A DNA stretch of 57,665 nucleotides. Origin: a virus (Duplodnaviria; Caudoviricetes). Positions 1 to 7,446 of this stretch are shown piece by piece (positions within the stretch are counted from its first letter, which is position 1; every line of letters starts with the position of its first letter). The position numbers were made by a program, and so were the translations under genes. Under the pieces are notes generated by a model. It searched no databases. It was given only the letters and a program-made list of their open reading frames with translations, and was not told where the DNA came from. The DNA lies in IMG/VR virus record IMGVR_UViG_3300042482_000462, positions 1-57,665 of that record. One strand, 5' to 3'.

Positions 1-211
1 CGCTGGGCCGGCGCGTGTAGCCGGCTGCGCGCATGCGTTGGCCCCGGCTTGGTTCGCTGGTCAGCATGTACGGCTTTCCGCCGAGCCAGTGCACGCCCAG
101 CGGAGTTTCTGCACGCTTCGGCTCCAGACGCCCAACATCGCACTCAACCTCGGCCCAAGTGCGTGTGCTGGGTGCAGGTGCGGGGGTCCGCTTGGTGTCG
201 GGGGTGCTCAT
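1..211 (-). CDS. Hypothetical early protein, 3' partial (MSTPDTKRTPAPAPSTRTWAEVECDVG...)
   Basis: Hand translation; ATG 211 overlaps the Gp157 stop (ATGA); frame stays open to the window edge. Confidence 0.6.
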   Translation of the reverse strand, partial: MSTPDTKRTPAPAPSTRTWAEVECDVGRLEPKRAETPLGVHWLGGKPYMLTSEPSRGQRMRAAGYTRRPS

Positions 212-705
212 TTGATTGCCAGCCTGTAACCGTGCACAAGCTCAGCCCCAGGAACAACGGCGCCGGTCTTGATCGCCGCTGCAATCGCCGTCTTGTCTGG
301 CGCTGGTGGTGGCGGTTCTGGTGTGCGCATGTAAGCCTGTGGAATCATGGCTTGATCCAGAATGCGCACGCTTGGCGGTTTCTTGGCCAGCTTTGCAGCC
401 CATTCGTCTGTGCTGACTTCTGGCAGGCCGGTGGCTTGCATCGTGTTGCGAGCGTAGTCGAGCAAAGATTCAGCCCGTGCGCCGGTTGCCTTGGCGCGCT
501 CAGACATGCGCTTTGCGGCAGCGGCTTGGCTTTCTGCGTCTGCGCCCAGTCCAAGGCCATAGGCGATCACAGCGCGCAGCTTGGCCTGTAGGTCGCCCTG
601 CATGCCTTCCAGCGTGTCGGCAACCGTCTGCGGGTCGAGGTCCAGGTCTGCCAGCGCGGCAAGGTCGGCGCGGTAGTCGGCGGCGATTTCGTACAGCGCA
701 GTCAT
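208..705 (-). CDS. Siphovirus Gp157-family protein
   Basis: MTALYEIAADY...DTLEGMQGDLQAK...KKPPSVRILDQAMIPQAYMRTPEPPPPAPDKTAIAAAIKTGAVVPGAEL is typical of Gp157; start coupled to the ERF stop. Confidence 0.88.
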   Translation of the reverse strand: MTALYEIAADYRADLAALADLDLDPQTVADTLEGMQGDLQAKLRAVIAYGLGLGADAESQAAAAKRMSERAKATGARAESLLDYARNTMQATGLPEVSTDEWAAKLAKKPPSVRILDQAMIPQAYMRTPEPPPPAPDKTAIAAAIKTGAVVPGAELVHGYRLAIK

Positions 706-1289
706 TTCACGTCCTTTGGCCAAGCTGCTGTCAAAGCATCCGCAGTGTCCGCCGCGAACAGCGCCCACACGGCATCAAGCTCCTGCTGTGGCAGCGTGGA
801 CAGAAACTCAGCAGCGCCAGCCGCATCGCCCTTTGTCACCCCTGCAGTGATGCGTTTGGCGCGTGCCTGCGGGCTGTCGTCAACGGATGGCTTGTTGCCT
901 TGTTGCGGCTTGCTGGCTGCGTTTCCGTCGTCGTCTTCGGGTGCAATGCCACATGCGGCCATGAGTGAATAGCGGCGCGCATACGTCAACGCAGAGCCGT
1001 AGCCTTGCGGGTCTTGCTTGGAAGCTGGGACATGCAACGGACCCGAAGCCCACTGCTCGCCAGACTCATGCAAAAACAGCGTTTCCACGGTCACGCCCGT
1101 GTTGTCTTCGCGGGTGCTTTGAACCAATGCGATGCCGTTGGCGTTTAGCGCATCCTGGACGGCTTCAATGCAAGCGCCAAGGTCAGCGTATTTGCTGCGG
1201 AAAGCCGGGTTTGTCTTGTCTTTCAAGGCCGGTGTAAAGGCGCGCTGCGCTTTGACCAGGGCCGAAAAGATCAACTTGTTGGTGCTCAT
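702..1289 (-). CDS. erf: ERF-family single-strand annealing recombinase
   Basis: KDKTNPAFRSKYADL and DPQGYGSALTYARRYSLMAACGIAPEDDDGNAA ERF signature. Confidence 0.93.
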   Translation of the reverse strand: MSTNKLIFSALVKAQRAFTPALKDKTNPAFRSKYADLGACIEAVQDALNANGIALVQSTREDNTGVTVETLFLHESGEQWASGPLHVPASKQDPQGYGSALTYARRYSLMAACGIAPEDDDGNAASKPQQGNKPSVDDSPQARAKRITAGVTKGDAAGAAEFLSTLPQQELDAVWALFAADTADALTAAWPKDVK

Positions 1290-1296
1290 GTGATCC

Positions 1297-1410
1297 TCAG
1301 AAGGGGATGCCTTGAATTGCAATGCGGTACGCACTGCGCAGCGCATAGGCGCGGTCGTGGTGGATTCGGTACAGCCGGTAAACGTCGATCAATTCGCGGA
1401 GTCGGTTCAT
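1297..1410 (-). CDS. Small hypothetical protein (MNRLRELIDVYRLYRIHHDRAYALRSAYRIAIQGIPF)
   Basis: Hand-translated 37-aa ORF filling the gap in the tightly packed operon. Confidence 0.55.
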   Translation of the reverse strand: MNRLRELIDVYRLYRIHHDRAYALRSAYRIAIQGIPF

Positions 1411-1411
1411 T

Positions 1412-1738
1412 TCATCCCCAAAAGCGAAAGTAAGCCCACACGCCACCAGTAATCACAACGATGGCGCAGAACACGCAGAGCATCCCGCCCAGCATTTCCA
1501 GCGCGCCGTCTTCGGTGCGGCAGCGCTCAGGGTGCGGGCAGGCATCGCCACCTTGCTGGCAGTCTCCAGCGCAGGACGGCATCGAGCGCAGCGCAGGGCC
1601 GTAAATCTCTTGGTTTGTCATGGTGCCCAACGGCGTGCGGCTTTTGCTTTGATCTGGCACGACAGCACCTCTGCGGTACGTGAAAAACGGGGTGGTATCG
1701 AACCATGCCGGTTCGCGGTTTTCGTGGCGGGCGCTCAT
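1412..1738 (-). CDS. Hypothetical Cys-rich protein with C-terminal TM helix
   Basis: CAGDCQQGGDACPHPERC followed by a hydrophobic helix; alternative start at 1621. Confidence 0.6.
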   Translation of the reverse strand: MSARHENREPAWFDTTPFFTYRRGAVVPDQSKSRTPLGTMTNQEIYGPALRSMPSCAGDCQQGGDACPHPERCRTEDGALEMLGGMLCVFCAIVVITGGVWAYFRFWG

Positions 1739-1739
1739 G

Positions 1740-2108
1740 TCAGTCCATGCGCAGCAATTCAATGCCGCGTTCGTTCATGTGCGTGATGTACGAGCCATTG
1801 CCCCAGACCCGGCTGCACTCGCTTGCAATGGCAGAACGCAGGGCTTCGCGGGTTGACTTGTCGGTGTCGAATGGGCCGAATGGGACAACATGAGCAGACC
1901 CGGGGTTGATGGTCTTCAGGATCGGCTCGTAGTAGTCTTTCAGCGTGCCACGCTTGAACTTCGGTGCTGCGCGCTTGCGCTCAGGCTCTGGCGCTGCAAC
2001 TGCCAAAGTGCCGTGCTTGGTGCCGTCGCTGGTAACGATGGCGAATTGGCACCCGGCCGCTGTCAGCAGCTTAATGGCGCGCGAGATAGCTTCCAGTTGA
2101 ACGTGCAT
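1740..2108 (-). CDS. Hypothetical protein
   Basis: Strong SD (AAGGAGA) upstream; operon packing. Confidence 0.75.
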   Translation of the reverse strand: MHVQLEAISRAIKLLTAAGCQFAIVTSDGTKHGTLAVAAPEPERKRAAPKFKRGTLKDYYEPILKTINPGSAHVVPFGPFDTDKSTREALRSAIASECSRVWGNGSYITHMNERGIELLRMD

Positions 2109-2120
2109 GATTTCTCCTTG

Positions 2121-2225
2121 TTAGGCCCATGGCCCCATCGCAAACAAGCCAACCACAAAGCCCATGATCGACACGGCCATCAGCCAGTCGCTGGCAGTCG
2201 CATCGCGTGATAGCAGGTGCATCAT
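2121..2225 (-). CDS. Small membrane peptide (MMHLLSRDATASDWLMAVSIMGFVVGLFAMGPWA)
   Basis: Hand-translated; ATGA overlap with the upstream gene; one TM helix. Confidence 0.55.
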   Translation of the reverse strand: MMHLLSRDATASDWLMAVSIMGFVVGLFAMGPWA

Positions 2226-2428
2226 TGCAAGCGCTCCTGCGGGTCAGCCAGCCAGCCCTTGGGGCTGCGACGGGCCAGCCACACAGCGCGCAGCCATGCG
2301 GCCCGGTTGTGGCGGCTGTAGTCCAGGGCATCGGGCCAGAGCTTGTCGGCCAGGGCTGCGAGCTTCGGGTCATCGCAGGCCGGCTGCGGGGCCGGCTGCG
2401 GTGCGGATTCGTGCAGGTGGACCATCAC
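2222..2428 (-). CDS. Hypothetical protein
   Basis: Overlapping start/stop with both neighbours. Confidence 0.6.
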   Translation of the reverse strand: MMVHLHESAPQPAPQPACDDPKLAALADKLWPDALDYSRHNRAAWLRAVWLARRSPKGWLADPQERLQ

Positions 2429-2661
2429 GCCACCTCTGCTTCAACTTCGACAGTGCGGTGGGCCAGGTTGTCGGCCCAGGCGCCCATCATGGCGATCAGC
2501 TTGCGGCCAACGGCGTTGGGGTCGCCGGCCTGGATCAGCTTGACCAGATCCTTTGCCGCATCACCTTCGATTTCTCCGCTGAGGTCACCCTCGTCCATCT
2601 TGGCGATGAAATGCCGGCGCTGTTCTTCGAGCGCGACCTGGTACGCAGAGGGGTAGCTCAT
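2425..2661 (-). CDS. Hypothetical protein
   Basis: AAGGAG SD upstream; protein-like composition. Confidence 0.7.
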   Translation of the reverse strand: MSYPSAYQVALEEQRRHFIAKMDEGDLSGEIEGDAAKDLVKLIQAGDPNAVGRKLIAMMGAWADNLAHRTVEVEAEVA

Positions 2662-2721
2662 CTTGCGACTCCTTGCCCCGGTGCCGCGCCTTGTGGCGGG
2701 CTGTCTTCAGGGCATGTTTGT

Positions 2722-2764
2722 ATTTTCGGCATCCGGGCGCGGAAGTAAATCCGGGAAAACCCGG
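2722..2764 (-). promoter_or_regulatory. Candidate leftward promoter (TTTACT-16-GAAAAT) with adjacent palindrome CCGGGAAAACCCGG
   Basis: Intergenic; -35 at 2749-2744, -10 at 2727-2722; inverted repeat 2751-2764. Confidence 0.4.
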
Positions 2765-2771
2765 GGGTGCA

Positions 2772-2996
2772 TCACTTTCCGCAGTCCAGCCGCAGCGGTT
2801 GCCTCAGCTCGTCGGGCGGTGGCCTAAGCACGGACTCCACTGGCTCACCCGTGCCAGGGTCATAGGTGAGCACCTCGCGGCACTCATAGTCCCCCCGGGC
2901 GCGGTGCTGGATGCCCCAGCGCTCGCGCCAGTGGCACCAGGTGCCGTCGCGGAAGACGGCAATGAACCAGTCGTCGGGGGCGGGCTTGATGTTCAT
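2772..2996 (-). CDS. Hypothetical protein (MNIKPAPDDWFIAVFRDGTWCHW...)
   Basis: ATGA coupling with the upstream ORF. Confidence 0.6.
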   Translation of the reverse strand: MNIKPAPDDWFIAVFRDGTWCHWRERWGIQHRARGDYECREVLTYDPGTGEPVESVLRPPPDELRQPLRLDCGK

Positions 2997-3163
2997 GGCG
3001 CACGTTTTATCCGTGAGCGCTTGCGCTGCAGTTTGTCGGCGCACTCAGTCAGCGCCGGCACGTCGTCAGGGTGAACCCAGCGTTTCCAATGCACGCGGCC
3101 TGCTGCGATTTCGCGGGCCTTGCGCTCGGCCTGGCGCTGGGCTGCGGTCTTGGCTGCGTTCAT
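2993..3163 (-). CDS. Small basic putative DNA-binding protein, ribbon-helix-helix-like (MNAAKTAAQRQAERKAREIAAGRVHWKRWVHPDDVPAL...)
   Basis: Hand-translated 56 aa, below the ORF-track cutoff; coupled on both sides; KTxAQRQxxxKxR...WVHP pattern of small phage regulators. Confidence 0.6.
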   Translation of the reverse strand: MNAAKTAAQRQAERKAREIAAGRVHWKRWVHPDDVPALTECADKLQRKRSRIKRAP

Positions 3164-3381
3164 TTCCACGCCTGCGGGAAGTGCTGCGCAGGCAAGTGAT
3201 AGCGCAGCAAGTGCAAGATTTTTGCCCTTGCCTCATCCACTTCTGAGCGAACCGCTTTTTGTTTTCCAGGGTCGAGCCGATCAAGTCGCGCTTTGCACCA
3301 CATATCGACTTGGTTGTACGCTTCCATAAGGCCAGCGTGATAGCCCTTGTCAAACTCGCTTCGGTAGTCTTGCGTACTCAT
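3160..3381 (-). CDS. Hypothetical protein
   Basis: ORF track; ATGA coupling downstream. Confidence 0.65.
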   Translation of the reverse strand: MSTQDYRSEFDKGYHAGLMEAYNQVDMWCKARLDRLDPGKQKAVRSEVDEARAKILHLLRYHLPAQHFPQAWK

Positions 3382-3426
3382 GCTTATGCAGTCTTTGCAC
3401 TCGTAAAAATGGCTTGCGCCCTCTGT

Positions 3427-3576
3427 TTAGTTTTGGGTGACCCGCCAAATGCGGTTTGGGGTGGTCATAAGGATGTAGCCGCCGTAGGCAGCTTGGAAGG
3501 CCGAGGCATCGGCCTCGGTACGGAAGTAAGAATGGGTGCCGAGGTGATCGGCGGCAGAGTAAAAGGCGGTGGTCAT
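3427..3576 (-). CDS. Hypothetical protein (MTTAFYSAADHLGTHSYF...), first gene of the leftward operon
   Basis: Directly downstream of the leftward promoter. Confidence 0.6.
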   Translation of the reverse strand: MTTAFYSAADHLGTHSYFRTEADASAFQAAYGGYILMTTPNRIWRVTQN

Positions 3577-3611
3577 GGCGTTTGCTCTGGGTGGTGTGTT
3601 GCGATGTAGAG

Positions 3612-3640
3612 AATGTATAGCATCGTGAGCACTCACGCAA
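3612..3640 (-). promoter_or_regulatory. Leftward sigma70-like promoter TTGCGT-17-TACATT with operator-like inverted repeat CGTGAG-CA-CTCACG (3624-3637)
   Basis: Hexamers and spacing read directly; the palindrome overlaps the spacer and -35. Confidence 0.65.
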
Positions 3641-3657
3641 GGGATCGGCGCAAAGAC

Positions 3658-3686
3658 TTGCAACTGAAAACCCTTAAGGGTAAACT
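3658..3686 (+). promoter_or_regulatory. Rightward sigma70-like promoter TTGCAA-17-TAAACT with palindrome ACCCTTAAGGGT (3670-3681)
   Basis: Hexamers, spacing and perfect 12-bp palindrome read directly. Confidence 0.65.
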
Positions 3687-3691
3687 CTAGG

Positions 3692-4075
3692 TGCCAAAGC
3701 CTGACACGCTGGTAAGATTTTCCTCGAAGGCCCGTAGGTCTTTGATTCATCCTCGGCTTCATTGCCGGCTTGTCAGGCGCGGATGGGTTGAAGCAGCTTA
3801 CGGGCCTTCACCCTTTCCGGCCCGCAAGTGCGGCAGTGGGTGTGGCGTAACCGTAGTGGGCGCTAGCTGGCCCCACCGCAAAACAGGCGAGCGCTGTACT
3901 GACAAGCCCAGCGCGCGGACCTTGCAGAGGGACCGCAGGAACAGGGTAGCAAGGTGATGCACGTCTGGCCCCACGACACGGGCACCCTGGAAACCGAATC
4001 TGCCGCGCGAGCGAGTCAGGCCCCAAACAGCCTGAAAGCGAGGGACATCACCCCTCGGGCTTGTCCTATGGCTTG
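3692..4075 (+). ncRNA. Candidate large structured RNA or leader (~380 nt)
   Basis: Nested stems 3726-3738/3797-3809 and 3744-3752/3781-3789 with G-U pairs favouring the + strand; further hairpins to 4065; no credible ORF. Confidence 0.5.
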
Positions 4076-4137
4076 TGCACACGTCTAAGGGTTTTTACCA
4101 GTGCGCGCAACCACAAAACGCTGGCATCATTCCAGCC

Positions 4138-4338
4138 ATGGACAACACAGACACGCCAGCAACGGCACAAGACCTAGACCGAGTTCGTGCTGCTGCACAA
4201 GTGCGAGCGAACGAAATGCAATGGATTGCCCGTGAGATACGGCGACCAAACTGCTCAGCAGCTATCAGGAGCATTGCCGCATACTTTCTGGAATGGGCAG
4301 CATCGCCAGCCTGCGGCACCACCGAGCAGGCCGCATGA
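4138..4338 (+). CDS. Hypothetical protein (MDNTDTPATAQ...)
   Basis: First rightward ORF; ATGA coupling downstream. Confidence 0.55.
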   Translation: MDNTDTPATAQDLDRVRAAAQVRANEMQWIAREIRRPNCSAAIRSIAAYFLEWAASPACGTTEQAA

Positions 4339-4574
4339 ACAAGCAAGAGCTTGGACTTTTGGAGCGCGCCTTTGACGCCGAAATCGGCGCTGCACTTGAT
4401 GGCAAGCCACATGTGATGCAAACCAAGGCCATCACCTGCGCCGATGGTCTTGTGACGGCGGGCCTGCTGAACAAAGTCTCGACTGTCTGGCGTGGCATTG
4501 AGATTCATGGATATGAACTCACGCACGCCGGGCGCTTTGCGTACTGCGCAACTTGTGAGGATGAGCCCGAATGA
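4335..4574 (+). CDS. Hypothetical protein, winged-helix-like (YELTHAGRFAYC)
   Basis: Coupled ORF; LVTAGLL...YELTHAGR resembles a wing motif. Confidence 0.65.
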   Translation: MNKQELGLLERAFDAEIGAALDGKPHVMQTKAITCADGLVTAGLLNKVSTVWRGIEIHGYELTHAGRFAYCATCEDEPE

Positions 4575-4780
4575 CCACCCCGCAACTTACCGGCTGGATC
4601 AAGGGCCAGCCGCTGAAAAGCCGGCCCGGCTACTACGAAGTGGCCATTGAGTACGGCAGCGGCAAAAGCCGATTCCTGTTGACTTCCCGCAAGCGCCGTC
4701 TTTGGACGGGAGAGGAATGGGACCGTGCGATTTTCTTGCATTGCTGGACCCACTTTCGCGGCTTGGCAAAGAAGGCCTGA
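4571..4780 (+). CDS. Hypothetical protein (DUF551-like, RPGYYEV...THFRGL)
   Basis: Coupled ORF; common small phage protein pattern. Confidence 0.65.
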   Translation: MTTPQLTGWIKGQPLKSRPGYYEVAIEYGSGKSRFLLTSRKRRLWTGEEWDRAIFLHCWTHFRGLAKKA

Positions 4781-4833
4781 CCGATGACGAACACAACCGA
4801 GTCTCCTCGGGCGGATGTAATGCCCCCGCCCTT

Positions 4834-4865
4834 GCCCCAGGGCTCCGGCTCTGGGGCCTTTTCTT
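4834..4865 (+). terminator. Intrinsic terminator
   Basis: GCCCCAGGGC-TCCG-GCTCTGGGGC followed by CTTTTCTT. Confidence 0.7.
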
Positions 4866-4876
4866 CCGAGGCCTGA

Positions 4877-5155
4877 ATGCCAGCACCAATCATTGAAGAC
4901 GAGGGCATGGCCTGCGTTCAGCCGGCCGGCAGTGAAGACCAGTGCGCCGCGTGCGCCAGGCCTGCCCGCACGACCGCCGCCAAGATCATCCCGGCGATGT
5001 ACGTGACGTTCCTGCGCCTGGGCGGTGAGCCGGTTTGGGAGTGCGTGCATAGGGTGCATGTGGCGACTGTGGCACCTGCGGGCGATGCTGACAAACACCT
5101 AACCCGTGGGGGTGTCATTCATACCAGCCCCAGCAACAGGGTGGGTGCAGCATGA
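4877..5155 (+). CDS. Hypothetical Cys-containing protein
   Basis: GAGG SD; ATGA coupling to the next gene. Confidence 0.55.
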   Translation: MPAPIIEDEGMACVQPAGSEDQCAACARPARTTAAKIIPAMYVTFLRLGGEPVWECVHRVHVATVAPAGDADKHLTRGGVIHTSPSNRVGAA

Positions 5156-5352
5156 GCCTGCCCCTATCCCCGCGCGAAACAGAAGCTTTGCGCCACTACG
5201 CAGCCGGCCGGTGCGGCAAGCAAGTGGCATCTGCCATGGGCATCAGTCTGGAAACAGTCAAGAACTACAGCATGAAGCTGCGCCTGAAGCTGGGCGCGCG
5301 AACCGTCGCCCATGCCGTGGCTATTGGCCTGAAGTCTCGAATCATCAAGTGA
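5152..5352 (+). CDS. Stand-alone LuxR/GerE-type helix-turn-helix regulator
   Basis: LSPRETEALRHYAAG..KQVASAMGISLETVKNY...LRLKLGARTVAHAV matches the LuxR HTH consensus. Confidence 0.88.
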   Translation: MSLPLSPRETEALRHYAAGRCGKQVASAMGISLETVKNYSMKLRLKLGARTVAHAVAIGLKSRIIK

Positions 5353-5360
5353 GCGCATAA

Positions 5361-5729
5361 ATGGCACGCAAAACATCCGCAAGCATCGTTGCAAGCATTA
5401 CCGCAGCCCTAGAAGCCGCTGGCGATGCTGGCGCCACATACACCGATCTGCAGCGCGATTGCAGCCTGTCGCAGATGACCGTGCGGCGCTTTTGCCGTAT
5501 TGGCGTGGACACAGGCGAATACGTGGCGCAGATTGAGCACCACGCGACGGGCGTGATGGGCACAAGACGGCTGCGGATTTGGATGAAGCGCTTTGCTCCT
5601 GCAGCAGCGATTGCCGCATCGTCAATCTCCAAGCCATCGCGCGAGGTCGCATACATGCCCAAGGTTTGCGGTGCGTTTGATCGGCCCTATGTCTCGCTGC
5701 TTGAAACCGCTTACCGGGACGCACGATGA
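5361..5729 (+). CDS. Putative winged-helix DNA-binding protein
   Basis: GATYTDLQRDCSLSQMTVRRF HTH-like segment. Confidence 0.55.
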   Translation: MARKTSASIVASITAALEAAGDAGATYTDLQRDCSLSQMTVRRFCRIGVDTGEYVAQIEHHATGVMGTRRLRIWMKRFAPAAAIAASSISKPSREVAYMPKVCGAFDRPYVSLLETAYRDAR

Positions 5730-5911
5730 GCGTGATTCACAACGCCACGCGCGATTTGACCGGCAAGCAGCCAGCGCGCGGGCCTGGCATGGCCATCGAC
5801 AGGCTGTTCCTGTGCGGCCACAAAGGCCAGGCCAAGGGCGCTTTTGTCCGCGCTGGGATTGGGATGCGCTGCGCGAATTGCCAGCGCAAGGTTTTGGAGC
5901 GGGCAGCATGA
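5726..5911 (+). CDS. Small Cys-containing hypothetical protein
   Basis: Coupled ORF; LCGH...RCANC. Confidence 0.6.
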   Translation: MSVIHNATRDLTGKQPARGPGMAIDRLFLCGHKGQAKGAFVRAGIGMRCANCQRKVLERAA

Positions 5912-5963
5912 AACGCAACGTCTACGCCACTAGTAGCAAAACTGCGCTATGATTTCTGCGACC

Positions 5964-6017
5964 CCGGATAGGTGCGAAGTCATGAGCGCACTGAAAAGCG
6001 AACCCAACGCCTGCCGG
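5964..6017 (+). ncRNA. Candidate three-way-junction cis-regulatory RNA upstream of replication genes
   Basis: CCGG(A)TAG closes with CTGCCGG; internal hairpins GTGCG/CGCAC and GCG/CGC linked by TGAAAA; TATGAT at 5948-5953 just upstream. Confidence 0.45.
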
Positions 6018-6050
6018 TAAGTCTTTTCTATTGGGCGCATTGGGGATCTG

Positions 6051-6365
6051 ATGTTCAGTCAATCGGAAATCAATAGTCGCATGCTCCCTTGGGGCGACCG
6101 CGAGTTTTCGCGGTTTGCATTCCGTGTGGCGCTGTTTCGGCGCCGTTTCATGAGCGAAACCGAGGCGACAAAAATCGCTGATCGACTTGCGCTGATGGAT
6201 CAGGAACGCGACGACAGACGCATGTGCGTCGAGTGCGAAAACCTGCAACAAGACGGCGGATGCTTTGCTGCGGCGCAGGGCTGGATCGCGCAAACAACCA
6301 AAACTCACAAGCCCGTGCGCACGCTACAGCAGCGGTGTGAGGCATTCAAATTTTGCAAGCCATGA
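6051..6365 (+). CDS. Hypothetical zinc-binding protein (RDDRRMCVECENL...LQQRCEAF)
   Basis: GGGGA SD; CxxC plus distal Cys residues. Confidence 0.75.
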   Translation: MFSQSEINSRMLPWGDREFSRFAFRVALFRRRFMSETEATKIADRLALMDQERDDRRMCVECENLQQDGGCFAAAQGWIAQTTKTHKPVRTLQQRCEAFKFCKP

Positions 6366-7159
6366 CACACGCTCTTATCAAGTATGAGGCTGCCTGCCGC
6401 GCGCTGGCTGAGTGCAAGTCTATCGACGAAGCAAAGGCGTGGACGGACAAAGCCGCTGCGATGCAAGCCTACGGCCGCATGGCGAAGGATCGGACCCTTG
6501 AGGTTGACGCTGCCGAGATTCGTATTCGAGCAGAGCGCCGTCTTGGCGAAATGCTTGCCGAGTCTGAACTTCAGAAGGGCGGAAGGCCATCAGAGCAAAC
6601 CGGTCGTCAGCAACGACCGGTTTCTGCGCCAACGCTTGCGCAGGCTGGGATCAGCAAAGATTTATCAAGCCGCGCGCAGAAGTTGGCTGCGGTTCCTGCC
6701 ACTGAGTTTGAGGCCGAACTTGCTGCTAAGCGTGAGCGCGACCGTAAAGACGGCGCCCGGGTGTCTGCGAGGCTTGAAGAGTCTGGTTCACGTCATCTTG
6801 CCAAGCGGCCAAAAGCCCAGGAAGAGCAACAGCTAGAACGTGCAGCAGACGACCCAAACGGCGACTTTGACATGGTGGCTGAGCTTGAGTCTGCCGCCAA
6901 GGAAATAGAAGCGCTGACAGGGGAGATTAAGGCGGCGCAGGCCGATGACCTGAAAGCAGAGGCCATCAAGTGGCGCCGCGCGTATGACAACGCAGTCAGG
7001 CAGCAGTCGGAAGCCATGGACCGCGCCAAGGCATCTTCGGATCGTGAGGCCTGGGTCATGCGGCAATTGATGCGCTGCGGCAAGGCTGTTGGTCAGGAAG
7101 ACCCAACCAAGATAGCCGCTGCTGTTGAGGGCGCCATGCGCGCCAAGGCGGCGGCATGA
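6362..7159 (+). CDS. Hypothetical phage protein with conserved N-terminal domain (AAEIRIRAERRLGEML..TLAQAGISKDLSSRAQKLA) and coiled-coil C-terminus
   Basis: N-terminal motif recurs in phage proteins often fused to methyltransferases; no MTase motif here. Confidence 0.8.
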   Translation: MTHALIKYEAACRALAECKSIDEAKAWTDKAAAMQAYGRMAKDRTLEVDAAEIRIRAERRLGEMLAESELQKGGRPSEQTGRQQRPVSAPTLAQAGISKDLSSRAQKLAAVPATEFEAELAAKRERDRKDGARVSARLEESGSRHLAKRPKAQEEQQLERAADDPNGDFDMVAELESAAKEIEALTGEIKAAQADDLKAEAIKWRRAYDNAVRQQSEAMDRAKASSDREAWVMRQLMRCGKAVGQEDPTKIAAAVEGAMRAKAAA

Positions 7160-7446
7160 AGGCTTACTTTTTTCGTTTTTTAGACGCGGAGTTGGTTTTT
7201 ACAGGCTGGCTAGGGCTTGCGATTGGCGAAGATCATGCCGCTATCAGAGAGCAGATTGATTCGCACGGCGACATTGAGGCCGCGCAGGTAATGCAGGCCA
7301 CGCGACCCGCGTCGTTTGCGGTTCTTTACACACCTACTGGCGATGGTCCTAACGAGGTAGCGGAAAGCGAAACAAGCGGGTGGGAGTTCCCATACAGCGA
7401 CAAAGGCTGGTCTAGGCCTGATTGGCTTGCAGGAGTGCCGTTTTGA
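7156..7446 (+). CDS. Hypothetical protein
   Basis: Coupled on both sides. Confidence 0.65.
   Translation: MKAYFFRFLDAELVFTGWLGLAIGEDHAAIREQIDSHGDIEAAQVMQATRPASFAVLYTPTGDGPNEVAESETSGWEFPYSDKGWSRPDWLAGVPF

Noticed and set aside
3891-3930. Hammerhead ribozyme suggested by CTGACAAG
   Set aside because: Core deviates from CUGANGA and no stem II followed by GAAA is present
6362-7159. MT-A70-type DNA methyltransferase
   Set aside because: Only the commonly associated N-terminal domain is present; no DPPW or SAM-binding motif
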